Of a stretch of DNA of 64,000 bases, positions 1-8,755 are shown one piece after another. Below the pieces are notes generated by a model. That model searched no databases, was not told the origin of the DNA, and saw only the letters and a program-made list of their open reading frames with translations. Positions within the stretch are counted from its first letter, which is position 1. The number at the start of each line of letters is the position of its first letter. This DNA comes from Patescibacteria group bacterium (lineage in GTDB: Bacteria > Patescibacteriota > Microgenomatia > PFEM01 > JAHIFH01), in NCBI GenBank assembly GCA_035529375.1, contig DATKWU010000009.1:93848-157847 (forward strand), given 5' to 3'. Made by a program: the position numbers and the translations under genes.

Positions 1-1044
1 GTGAATCGCCCAAGTATCACCATAACCTTGATTAAATTTAATTGGTGAATTAATCGGCCAAGTCCAGCTACCAGAAGGATTGAAAGGATCACCATCACCA
101 CTATTACATTCTGAACCAGAACAATTCTCATAACTAATACTATTATTTAGGTATTTAAAGGGATTATGAGTATTGCCATTTTCGGCGACCATAAAATGAA
201 GGTGCGCGCCCGAGGAATTACATGAACTACTGTCATCTTCACCCCATTTAAGAATGGTGGCGATTTTTTGCCCCTCAGAAACATGACCCGCTTCTATCTC
301 CTTACCTTGACCGGCAAGAATTCCCTGAATAGCAATTAACTCTGCTCTGGCGCTCGAAATCAACTGCTGATAAAGTTTTTCGTCATTTTGAGTGGCCGCC
401 AGGAGTCTTTGTCTGTCCGCTTTTTGTTGAGCTAAAATATTTTTCTGGGATTCAAGTTTTTCTTTAGCGGCTTCTAACTCTGCCTGTTTTTCTTCCTTAA
501 CTGTTTTTTGATCAGCGTAATTAGTCCTTACCGTCTCCATCTGAAGCATTAACTTCCGATCATGAAGTTGGATGACTCGAAGATATTTATAACGGCCAAC
601 AAAATCAGAAAAGTTCCTGGAAGAAAGAAGTAAAGCAAAGGAATCAATCTTGCCTTTTTTGTAAGTTTCGGCAATCCGTTTGACTAGGATTTGAGAAAGT
701 TGATCAAGAGAAACGTCTAAATAGCCAATCTTGGTGGAAAGAGCCCCAACTTCTTCTTCTATCTTCTCTATTTCAGCGACAGTGGTGTAAATTTGGGCGG
801 TGGCCAAAGCAATACTGGCATCAAATCTGCTTAGCTCGGTCTTAAGGGTCGTAATCGCTTCCGCTTTTTGACTTGAAAGCTTATTCCAAACATCAATACA
901 TTCTTCCAAATGTTTCCGCCCGGTTTCCAGATCTCGCTGACATTCTTCATCCGTAATCTTGGCGTTAACAACAGGAGTTGAAAGAAAAAGGGAAACAATT
1001 AAGGCAATTAAAAGAAAAAAATATTTTTTTGGGATAGACAACAT
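1..1044 (-). CDS. EnvC-like murein hydrolase activator / M23 family peptidase. The C-terminus is truncated by the window edge.
   Basis: Minus-strand ORF with start ATG (reverse complement) at 1042-1044 that runs off the window start. The translation has a long N-terminal coiled-coil (QQLISSARAELIAIQG...) followed by an M23/LytM-type domain (GHVSEGQKIATI...SSGAHLHFMV). It lies directly downstream of ftsE-ftsX, as in the ftsEX-envC arrangement. Confidence 0.75.
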   Translation of the reverse strand, partial: MLSIPKKYFFLLIALIVSLFLSTPVVNAKITDEECQRDLETGRKHLEECIDVWNKLSSQKAEAITTLKTELSRFDASIALATAQIYTTVAEIEKIEEEVGALSTKIGYLDVSLDQLSQILVKRIAETYKKGKIDSFALLLSSRNFSDFVGRYKYLRVIQLHDRKLMLQMETVRTNYADQKTVKEEKQAELEAAKEKLESQKNILAQQKADRQRLLAATQNDEKLYQQLISSARAELIAIQGILAGQGKEIEAGHVSEGQKIATILKWGEDDSSSCNSSGAHLHFMVAENGNTHNPFKYLNNSISYENCSGSECNSGDGDPFNPSGSWTWPINSPIKFNQGYGDTWAIH

Positions 1045-1045
1045 C

Positions 1046-1915
1046 TTACTTCAGATATCTTCTAACCGCAATGAAGCTACCTAAGGTTCCGATGATTGCA
1101 CCCAAAAGAAGTTCTCCTCCTAGAACCGCCAGCATAAAGAAGATGGGCACTGGCAAGATAGGAATACCTGCCAAGAAATCAATCAAAAATGGTGTGGCGT
1201 AAAGTAAGAGAAGATAGGCAACGCCCCAGGCAATCAGAGCACCGATAGTTCCATAGAAAATACCCTCAAGAAGAAAAGGAACGCCAATAAAACCCTTGGA
1301 AGCCCCAATCAACTCCATAATTTCCACTTCCTCCTTACGCAGGGCGACTTTCATCCCAATAATCACCAGAATGGTCAGTAAACCGGCTAAGCTAAAGGCA
1401 ATTGCCAAACCAAGACCAACGAGACGAATATTGGTTGTCCATTTATTAAGGGCTTCAACCACATCTTGCTGGAAAATGACTTCCTCCACCCCTGGCTCCT
1501 GGCGCAGAATTTCCGCGATTTCCCCCAGATAATTAATATTGATTGTTGAGACTTCTAAAGAAGCGGGCAGAATATTGGCGGTGACCATTTCCAAAAGTAA
1601 AGGGTCGTCTCTATTCTGTTCTCGATAAATGGCTAAGGCTTCTTCTTTAGAAATATATTTCATTTCCTTAACCTTGTCCGTTTCGGCTAGCTTGGCCTTG
1701 AGTAAATCAATTTCTCCAAGAGTGACTTGATCTTCAAAAAAAGCCGTGACTTGAGGCCGAGTCTCAAAAAAATTAAGAATTGCCTGGGAACCAGCCCCCA
1801 GTAGGGTAAAAACAGAAATAATGAAGAAAGTTAAAATCATAATCGACAAGGCCGCCAATGATTGATAAGGCGAACGGCGAATATGAGTCCAAGTGGTTCT
1901 AAAAATTTGTTTCAT
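1046..1915 (-). CDS. ftsX: Cell division ABC transporter permease-like protein FtsX
   Basis: 289 aa. One N-terminal TM segment, a periplasmic domain and three C-terminal TM segments. It is immediately downstream of ftsE with an 8-bp gap. Confidence 0.85.
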   Translation of the reverse strand: MKQIFRTTWTHIRRSPYQSLAALSIMILTFFIISVFTLLGAGSQAILNFFETRPQVTAFFEDQVTLGEIDLLKAKLAETDKVKEMKYISKEEALAIYREQNRDDPLLLEMVTANILPASLEVSTININYLGEIAEILRQEPGVEEVIFQQDVVEALNKWTTNIRLVGLGLAIAFSLAGLLTILVIIGMKVALRKEEVEIMELIGASKGFIGVPFLLEGIFYGTIGALIAWGVAYLLLLYATPFLIDFLAGIPILPVPIFFMLAVLGGELLLGAIIGTLGSFIAVRRYLK

Positions 1916-1923
1916 CTTTTTAC

Positions 1924-2604
1924 TTATTTTATCTTATATTTGCCTTGCTTTTTATCAGAAACTAATTTACCTTTATCTAATTCAATCACTCTTTCTTTCA
2001 TCGAATTAACAATTTCAAAATTATGAGTGGCCATAATCACGGTTTTACCGGTTTGATTAATTTTCTGCAAGAGCCTGACAATCTGCCAGGCCGTGGCGAC
2101 ATCGAGATTACCGGTCGGCTCATCGGCAACCACAATCTCTGGCTGGCCAACGACTGCTCGGGCTAAACCAACTCGCTGAAGTTCGCCGCCGGCTAATTGG
2201 GAAGGAAAAAGATTAGCCCTTTCTTTTAAGCCCACCAGTTTGAGAATTTTAGGAATTTCTTTTTCAATTTCTTTTTCATCCTTACCCAGGACCCTTAAGG
2301 CCAAAGCGACATTTTCCCAAACCGTTCTGTCAGTCAATAATTTAAAGTCCTGAAAAACCACCCCAATTCTTCTTCGCAATTGAGGGATATCATTTTTCTT
2401 CATTTCTATTAAGTTAAAACCGTCTACTTTAATCTTGCCTGAAGTAGGCAGATAGTCCCTTAACATTAAACGAATAATGGTTGTCTTGCCAGCGCCTGAT
2501 GGTCCGGTCACAAAAACAAACTCTCCGGGTTCAATCTCAAAAGAAACATCCTCCAGAGCCACAATTTCACCAAACTTCTTGGTAACTTTTTTAAACTTGA
2601 CCAT
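1924..2604 (-). CDS. ftsE: Cell division ATP-binding protein FtsE
   Basis: 226 aa. Walker A GPSGAGKTT, ABC signature LAGGELQRVGLARA, Walker B IVVADEPTGNLD. Confidence 0.9.
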   Translation of the reverse strand: MVKFKKVTKKFGEIVALEDVSFEIEPGEFVFVTGPSGAGKTTIIRLMLRDYLPTSGKIKVDGFNLIEMKKNDIPQLRRRIGVVFQDFKLLTDRTVWENVALALRVLGKDEKEIEKEIPKILKLVGLKERANLFPSQLAGGELQRVGLARAVVGQPEIVVADEPTGNLDVATAWQIVRLLQKINQTGKTVIMATHNFEIVNSMKERVIELDKGKLVSDKKQGKYKIK

Positions 2605-2606
2605 CT

Positions 2607-3134
2607 TTAAACACCATCAGGACAAGAACTAAGAACTTTAACCCGACCGACATCCATCAACCAACCTGCCTCTTGACCAGCAAACGTCTCTCCCCAAACC
2701 TGAACACATTTATCGACGAATTGATTCAAATCCAAAACTGAACTGGTTAGATAAGCCGTCTGACTTTCGCCACCCGGCCGGATTAAGATATGGGAACCAT
2801 CAAGCACTTTCTCGTTATCGTTAACCTTGATTCGTCCTTGGGCAGTGTCCCGAAAAACCTCTTCATCTTTAATGCCCACCTCATCTGGTCCTTGAATAGC
2901 CTTGCCCCCTCCTATTAACTCAGTTTCGGTGGTTGGCCCGGTTGATTTTCGGTTGGCAAGAACATAGCCACTACCTATCCCCGCTAAAATAATGACAACA
3001 ATGGCCACCGCCGGAATCAAGTTCTTTTTTAAATCAAATGATCTTACTGAAGTAGGCATTTTTTTTAACAAACCTCCTCTCTCTGGAGTAGCACTAGTAA
3101 TATTAATTTTTTGTAATGACTCTTCCATAATCAC
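2607..3134 (-). CDS. Hypothetical membrane-anchored protein
   Basis: 175 aa. Single predicted TM segment (LIPAVAIVVIILAGIGSGYVLA). No recognised motif. Tightly packed between prfB and ftsE. Confidence 0.5.
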   Translation of the reverse strand: MIMEESLQKINITSATPERGGLLKKMPTSVRSFDLKKNLIPAVAIVVIILAGIGSGYVLANRKSTGPTTETELIGGGKAIQGPDEVGIKDEEVFRDTAQGRIKVNDNEKVLDGSHILIRPGGESQTAYLTSSVLDLNQFVDKCVQVWGETFAGQEAGWLMDVGRVKVLSSCPDGV

Positions 3135-3190
3135 CTCCTTCGCTGAATTAGGTATATCTCTTAATTGAGCTCCTAATCAAACAACATTCA

Positions 3191-4210
3191 CTATACCACA
3201 ATTTTAATAGCCGCCTCAACAAAACCATCCAGATTGCCATCAAGAACGGAATCAACATCACCGGTTTCGTAGTCGGTTCTCAAGTCTTTGACCATTTTGT
3301 AAGGGTGAAGGACATAGGAGCGAATCTGGGTTCCCCAGGCAGCCTTGGTCCGGCCACCCTTGAGTTTGTTTTCTTCCTCTCGGCGTTTTTTTTCTTCCTT
3401 TTCCCAAAGCTTGGCTCTTAAAATTTCCATGGCCATTTGCCGATTTTGTTCTTGATAACGCTGAGCTTGAGATTCGACCACAATCCCGGTAGGTTTATGC
3501 TTTAAGCGAACCGCGGTTGAAACCTTGTTGACATTCTGACCGCCATGACCTGAAGACCGGAAAGCTTCAAATTCAATTTCATCAGAATTAATCTCAACTT
3601 CTGTCTCTGGTAAAATTGGTAAAACTTCAACCAAGGCAAAAGAAGTCTGACGAAGATTGTCAGCATTAAAAGGAGACCGACGAACTAGTCGGTGAGTTCC
3701 GGCCTCATGTTTAAGATAACCATAAACCAAACTGTCTTTAACTCTCACTGTTACCCGCTTGACACCGGCCTCTTCACCTAAAACCTCATCCAGAATTTCG
3801 TACTGCCAACCTTTTTTTTCAAAATATTTTAAATACATCCGCTTCATCATTTCCGCCCAATCCATGGCTTCAGTTCCCCCTTGGCCAGCGTGAATCGAAA
3901 AAACAACATTAGAGCTATCATATTTACCAGCCAAAAAAGTTTTAGTTTCTAATTGATCAAGTCTCTTTTCAGCCTCTTTTTCCTTACCCTCTTTTAAAAG
4001 CTTGTCCAAGGCTTCTATCCCTTCAATTTCTTTTTGCAAATCAGTCATTCTCTTCATCTTGGCTGAAGCTTTTTCCTGATCCTGCCAAAAATTAGGTTGG
4101 GCTGATTCTTTTTCAATCACCTCAATCTCTTTCTGAAGCTGATCAGGATTAAGTTTTTGTTTTAATGTTTCAAGACGTTGTTTTAAATCTGCCATTTTAT
4201 TCCTCCTCAC
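3191..4210 (-). CDS. prfB: Peptide chain release factor 2
   Basis: 339 aa. GGQ motif (SGHGGQNVNKVSTAVRL) and the RF2-specific SPF tripeptide (VRRSPF). The reading frame is uninterrupted, so no +1 frameshift site. Confidence 0.9.
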   Translation of the reverse strand: MRRNKMADLKQRLETLKQKLNPDQLQKEIEVIEKESAQPNFWQDQEKASAKMKRMTDLQKEIEGIEALDKLLKEGKEKEAEKRLDQLETKTFLAGKYDSSNVVFSIHAGQGGTEAMDWAEMMKRMYLKYFEKKGWQYEILDEVLGEEAGVKRVTVRVKDSLVYGYLKHEAGTHRLVRRSPFNADNLRQTSFALVEVLPILPETEVEINSDEIEFEAFRSSGHGGQNVNKVSTAVRLKHKPTGIVVESQAQRYQEQNRQMAMEILRAKLWEKEEKKRREEENKLKGGRTKAAWGTQIRSYVLHPYKMVKDLRTDYETGDVDSVLDGNLDGFVEAAIKIVV

Positions 4211-4589
4211 CTAAAACGCCTTCACAAAATTCTTTGCGAATTTGTTTTTTGGTAGCTTCTAACTGGTCTTCAGGTAATTTTTTAATCGCCTTAATCAAAT
4301 TGTCTGTTTGTTCTTGGATATTAGTCATTGGTTCTTTAATTGGTTCAATATCCTCTCCCTCTTGAATTTCTATTTCCAATTGAGGTGCGCCTGGAAGAAT
4401 CTTAATGGCTTGACCTAAAATCTTACCACCTAAATCTTCCAGTTTTCTCTGTAAGGATAGATTAGGTAAGCTAATAGAAGCGCCAGCCACATTTGCCTGA
4501 TTCTGCCAATCAGCCAAAGACTTAGCTAAAGCCACAACCACCAAAGCCAAAAAAACAATAATAAAAACCCTAATTAATCTTTCTCTCAT
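4197..4589 (-). CDS. Hypothetical protein with an N-terminal TM anchor
   Basis: 130 aa. N-terminal hydrophobic segment followed by a charged, Glu-rich tail. Overlaps the prfB start by 14 nt. Confidence 0.45.
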   Translation of the reverse strand: MRERLIRVFIIVFLALVVVALAKSLADWQNQANVAGASISLPNLSLQRKLEDLGGKILGQAIKILPGAPQLEIEIQEGEDIEPIKEPMTNIQEQTDNLIKAIKKLPEDQLEATKKQIRKEFCEGVLGEEE

Positions 4590-4594
4590 TTTGA

Positions 4595-5407
4595 TTACTT
4601 ACCTATTAATTGTTGAGAATATTTACCCAAAATTAACTTTTTTCTCTTTAATAATTCTTTTTTCTTATTTATATCACCCCAAGTATATAAACCAATTTGA
4701 GGCCAAGCTTGCCTTCTTCCTCTCCCTTTTTCCCATTTTCGCTCGCCATGAACTGGTTCTCGCTCAATTATTCTTAGCAAATGCTTATCAGCATCTTGCC
4801 AAATAAGATTGCCATCATGATTATGAATCTTTCCAAACCAACTAAAGTAGTTATACATAAAGGCTACTTCGACTAAAGGAATACCCCATTTAAGATAAAA
4901 GTAATCCTTAAATTTATCAACAAACTTTTCGTAATCCAAAGGAAAAACTTTTGCCTTCTGATTCCACTCCAAATCAACAATAAAAAAATCTGTTGCTAAA
5001 GTATGGGGTTTTTCTGGAAATTTAGCAAACCAAGCACAAGTAGCAATATACTTCTCTTCTTTATTCATTCTTTTTATCAAATTCTCTAAAAATTTAAGGT
5101 TAATCATCCAAGTATCAGCGGCAGTGACTAAGCAGTATTTAATCCCTAGTTTCTGACTTTTTTGAGAAATTGCCTTGATACCGGCATCAATCATATTAGC
5201 GGCGCCTAGAAAATGGCCCGGGTTGTCCATTTGGATCAATTCATCTTCAAGATATTTTTTGTAGTTATATTTTGGTCCACCATTGTAGCAATGCACCAAA
5301 TAGGTGCTACCCAAAACCTTGCTTTTGGAATAAAGATTTTTGGAAATTTCTTGATTAATATAGGCGTCCGTTATTTTATTGTGAGTATAAATTAAATGGC
5401 CAATCAT
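4595..5407 (-). CDS. Hypothetical protein
   Basis: 270 aa ORF with good coding character. No motif that I can name. Confidence 0.5.
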   Translation of the reverse strand: MIGHLIYTHNKITDAYINQEISKNLYSKSKVLGSTYLVHCYNGGPKYNYKKYLEDELIQMDNPGHFLGAANMIDAGIKAISQKSQKLGIKYCLVTAADTWMINLKFLENLIKRMNKEEKYIATCAWFAKFPEKPHTLATDFFIVDLEWNQKAKVFPLDYEKFVDKFKDYFYLKWGIPLVEVAFMYNYFSWFGKIHNHDGNLIWQDADKHLLRIIEREPVHGERKWEKGRGRRQAWPQIGLYTWGDINKKKELLKRKKLILGKYSQQLIGK

Positions 5408-5426
5408 AATTTATTTTTATTATAGT

Positions 5427-8093
5427 TTATTCGTATTTCGGATAGCAGCATTTTTTATATTTTTTGTTCGAACCGCAAGGACAGGGGTCATTCCGACCAA
5501 CTTTCTTTTTCCGGGGAATCGCTTGTTTTGCCTGTTGAGGTTGGGCCGTTAAACCCATATTGTCTTTGGTATCAATATTAGTTTGGATTGGTTGTCTTTG
5601 GGGTTGAGGCTGGCCAATCTGAACTCTAAAGATTTGTCTAATCAGATCGTGATCAATTGAATCTAGTAATCTTTCAAAAGAAGTAAAAGCTTCCTTTTTG
5701 TATTCCACCAAAGGATCCTTTTGGCCATAACCTCTTAAACCAACGCCCTCCCTTAAATCATCCATGGCATCTAGATGATCAACCCAAAGGCGATCAATCG
5801 TTCGCAGATAAACAAACCTCTCAAGCTGGCGCATCATTTCTGAACCAATTTGCTTTTCTCTGGATTCATAAGCATCTTTTGCTAATTTTTTGAGGAGGTC
5901 TTTGATTTTTTCTGGGTCTTTAAGATCCTTTAATTGAACTTTTAATTTTCCTTGAGAATTGGTATCAAAAGGCAAAATCTCACAAAAACCGGTAACTATT
6001 TGTTCGTATTCAATCTCGACAATGCCTTCAGGAGTATAGAGAGCCACTAAGTTATCCAAATTGCTAATCATTTTCTCCTGAATCTCTTTTTTCAATTCTC
6101 CATTACTCTTATCAGCGGCCTTCAGAATCTCTTGTCTTTTCTTGTAAATAATCTCTCTTTGGCGGTTCATGACGTCATCGTATTCAACCACTCTCTTTCG
6201 CATATCAAAGTTAAAACCCTCAACTTTTGTTTGAGCCTGTTCAATTGCCTTAGAAACCATAGAGTGCTCAATCGGTTGGTCTTCAGGCAGTTTGAGGGTG
6301 GTCATCAAACCGGCAATTCTTTCACCACCAAAAAGCCTCATAATGTCATCCTCTAAAGAAACAAAGAATCTTGAAGAACCAGGATCACCCTGACGGCCGG
6401 AACGACCTCGTAATTGATTGTCGATTCTTCTTGACTCATGGCGTTCAGTCCCAATGACATGAAGACCGCCTGATTTAATCACTTGATCATGGGCTTGCTG
6501 CCATTCTTCCATAGCCTTCTTGGTTTGTTTTTCGGGTTTCGAACCGCCCAAAACAATATCCACTCCTCGACCGGCCATATTAGTCGCCACCGTGATTGCT
6601 TTTGGTCGACCAGCTTCGGTAATAATCTTGGCTTCTCTTTCGTGCTGCTTAGCATTTAAAACATTATGAGTAATACCCTTTTTGTCCAGAAACTTGGAAA
6701 CAATTTCGTTTTTTTCAATTGAGGTGGTCCCGACTAAAACGGGTTGACCTTTTTGATAACATTCCTCAATTTCTCGAACCACGGCCGCATATTTTGCCCG
6801 AACCGTTTTGTAAACAAGATCAGGATTATCTTCTCGAATCATGGGTTTGTTAGTCGGAATAACGATTGTGTCCAGGTTGTAGATTTTGATGAACTCTTCA
6901 GCTTCAGTGGCCGCCGTACCGGTCATACCCGCTAATTTTTGGTACATCCGGAAATAATTTTGGAAAGAAATGGTCGCCATCGTCACCGATTCTTGTTGAA
7001 TTTTGACATTCTCTTTGGCTTCAACCGCTTGATGCAAACCCTCTGACCAGCGGCGACCGTGCATTAATCGTCCCGTAAATTCATCAACAATAATCACCTG
7101 ATCATCCTTAACCACGTAATCACGGTCACGGAGATAATGGACTCTGGATTTAAGGGCGTTCTCAATATGATGAATCGTATCAAAGTCTTTTTCGTAAAGA
7201 TTATCAATCCCCAACCGGTTCTCAATTTTCTTAATCCCGTGTTCGGTTAAATTAGCGGTTTTAGTTTTCTCATCAGTCAAGTAATCAGTGTCTGGTGATA
7301 AACCATTAATTAACTCCGCGAATTGATAATATTTCTGGGTTGGTTCGGTGTCTGGAGCCGAAATAATCAAAGGCGTCCGAGCTTCATCAACTAAGATTGA
7401 ATCAACTTCATCAACAATGGCAAAATGATGACCGCGTTGAACCTGGTCTTCGACTCGAAGAGCCATATTATTTCGAAGATAATCAAAACCAAATTCATTA
7501 TTAGTTCCATAAGTAATATCCGCCTGATAAGCCTCTCGACGACTGATCGGCTTTAAATGTCTTAATCTTTCTTCTTGTTGTTGTTTTTCGGTGTATTGAG
7601 GATCTAAAAGAAAGGCTTGGTCATGAATAATACAACCCAAAGAAAGACCGGCGAATTGAAGAGCCTGACCGTACCAACCCGTGTCTCGACGGGCTAAGTA
7701 GTCATTAACGGTGACAATGTGAACCCCTCTCTCGGTTAGACCGTTAAGATAAGCCGCAATTGTAGATGATAAGGTTTTACCTTCTCCGGTTCGCTGTTCC
7801 GCAATCCGACCCTGATGAAGAGTAATGGCGGCCATTAACTGAACATCAAAAGCCCGCTCACCAACAGTTCGTCTAATCGCTTCCCGAGCCAAAGCAAAAG
7901 CCTCGGGGAGTAAATCATCAGCGGTTTCACCATCAGCCAATCTTTTCTTAAAAGCCGCGGTCATGCCTGAAAATTCATCATCCTTGAGCTTTTTCATTTT
8001 TGGCTCAAGCTCATTAATCTTCCCGACCATCGGTGTTAGTTTCCTAAGCTGCTTCTCGTTAGAATCAAGGAGGTGGTCAAAAAATTTAATCAT
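5427..8093 (-). CDS. secA: Preprotein translocase ATPase SecA
   Basis: 888 aa. DEAD-like motor motifs and a C-terminal zinc-binding tail (CPCGSNKKYKKCC). Confidence 0.95.
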   Translation of the reverse strand: MIKFFDHLLDSNEKQLRKLTPMVGKINELEPKMKKLKDDEFSGMTAAFKKRLADGETADDLLPEAFALAREAIRRTVGERAFDVQLMAAITLHQGRIAEQRTGEGKTLSSTIAAYLNGLTERGVHIVTVNDYLARRDTGWYGQALQFAGLSLGCIIHDQAFLLDPQYTEKQQQEERLRHLKPISRREAYQADITYGTNNEFGFDYLRNNMALRVEDQVQRGHHFAIVDEVDSILVDEARTPLIISAPDTEPTQKYYQFAELINGLSPDTDYLTDEKTKTANLTEHGIKKIENRLGIDNLYEKDFDTIHHIENALKSRVHYLRDRDYVVKDDQVIIVDEFTGRLMHGRRWSEGLHQAVEAKENVKIQQESVTMATISFQNYFRMYQKLAGMTGTAATEAEEFIKIYNLDTIVIPTNKPMIREDNPDLVYKTVRAKYAAVVREIEECYQKGQPVLVGTTSIEKNEIVSKFLDKKGITHNVLNAKQHEREAKIITEAGRPKAITVATNMAGRGVDIVLGGSKPEKQTKKAMEEWQQAHDQVIKSGGLHVIGTERHESRRIDNQLRGRSGRQGDPGSSRFFVSLEDDIMRLFGGERIAGLMTTLKLPEDQPIEHSMVSKAIEQAQTKVEGFNFDMRKRVVEYDDVMNRQREIIYKKRQEILKAADKSNGELKKEIQEKMISNLDNLVALYTPEGIVEIEYEQIVTGFCEILPFDTNSQGKLKVQLKDLKDPEKIKDLLKKLAKDAYESREKQIGSEMMRQLERFVYLRTIDRLWVDHLDAMDDLREGVGLRGYGQKDPLVEYKKEAFTSFERLLDSIDHDLIRQIFRVQIGQPQPQRQPIQTNIDTKDNMGLTAQPQQAKQAIPRKKKVGRNDPCPCGSNKKYKKCCYPKYE

Positions 8094-8125
8094 TTTTACT
8101 TTGATTATTATAACTCAAATGAAGC

Positions 8126-8755
8126 TCAGCTTCTAGCGATGAAGAAGAGATTAGTCGGGGTTTTGATGGTTTCAACTTGAGAAAAATGTCGATCTAATTT
8201 TTCCTCAAACCCAGTTAAATCCTCACCTGGCAAACGAAGTCGATTAAAAACAACCAAGGCTTTTTTAGAAAGAATTTTTTTAAGACTCTCTAAAAACTTA
8301 TCAGTCTCCGCTTGTTGGGAAAACTTAGAACCTAAATAAAAATCAACTAAAACCAAATCAAACTTTTTACCTTGGTACTTAGCTAACCATTGAAAAGCAT
8401 CTTTGTTAATGATTTCTAAATTTTCAACCCTATCTAAGCCAAAAAACTGCTTACCAATCTTAATAATCTCTGGATCAATTTCAATCCCTAGAATTTTTGC
8501 TTCTGGCCAAGGTGATTTAATTAATTGAACTACGGTGCCTCCGCCTAAACCTAGAATTAAACAGTTTTCGACGTTTAATTCTTTCTCTAATTTTTTAAAT
8601 GGCTTTTTCCAAATTCCTTTAATTATTCCCCCTGACTGAATCAGACCCTGAACATGAAGGGTATAGCGCCCAAAATGTTCTTTGACAATAATCTCACCGC
8701 TTATCTTTGATTTTGTTTTAAAAATTGTTCGCGGAATAAAGGAAAAAGACATCAT
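8126..8755 (-). CDS. Spermidine-synthase-like class I SAM-dependent methyltransferase
   Basis: 209 aa. Gly-rich SAM motif ILGLGGGTVVQ and acidic D-x-D (VLVDF), typical of the spermidine synthase / PABS-like fold. Confidence 0.6.
   Translation of the reverse strand: MMSFSFIPRTIFKTKSKISGEIIVKEHFGRYTLHVQGLIQSGGIIKGIWKKPFKKLEKELNVENCLILGLGGGTVVQLIKSPWPEAKILGIEIDPEIIKIGKQFFGLDRVENLEIINKDAFQWLAKYQGKKFDLVLVDFYLGSKFSQQAETDKFLESLKKILSKKALVVFNRLRLPGEDLTGFEEKLDRHFSQVETIKTPTNLFFIARS

Noticed and set aside
3191-4210. Programmed +1 frameshift site (CTT TGA C) in prfB
   Set aside because: The RF2 reading frame is continuous from the ATG at 4210 through the GGQ and SPF motifs. There is no in-frame UGA near codon 25, so there is no autoregulatory frameshift here.
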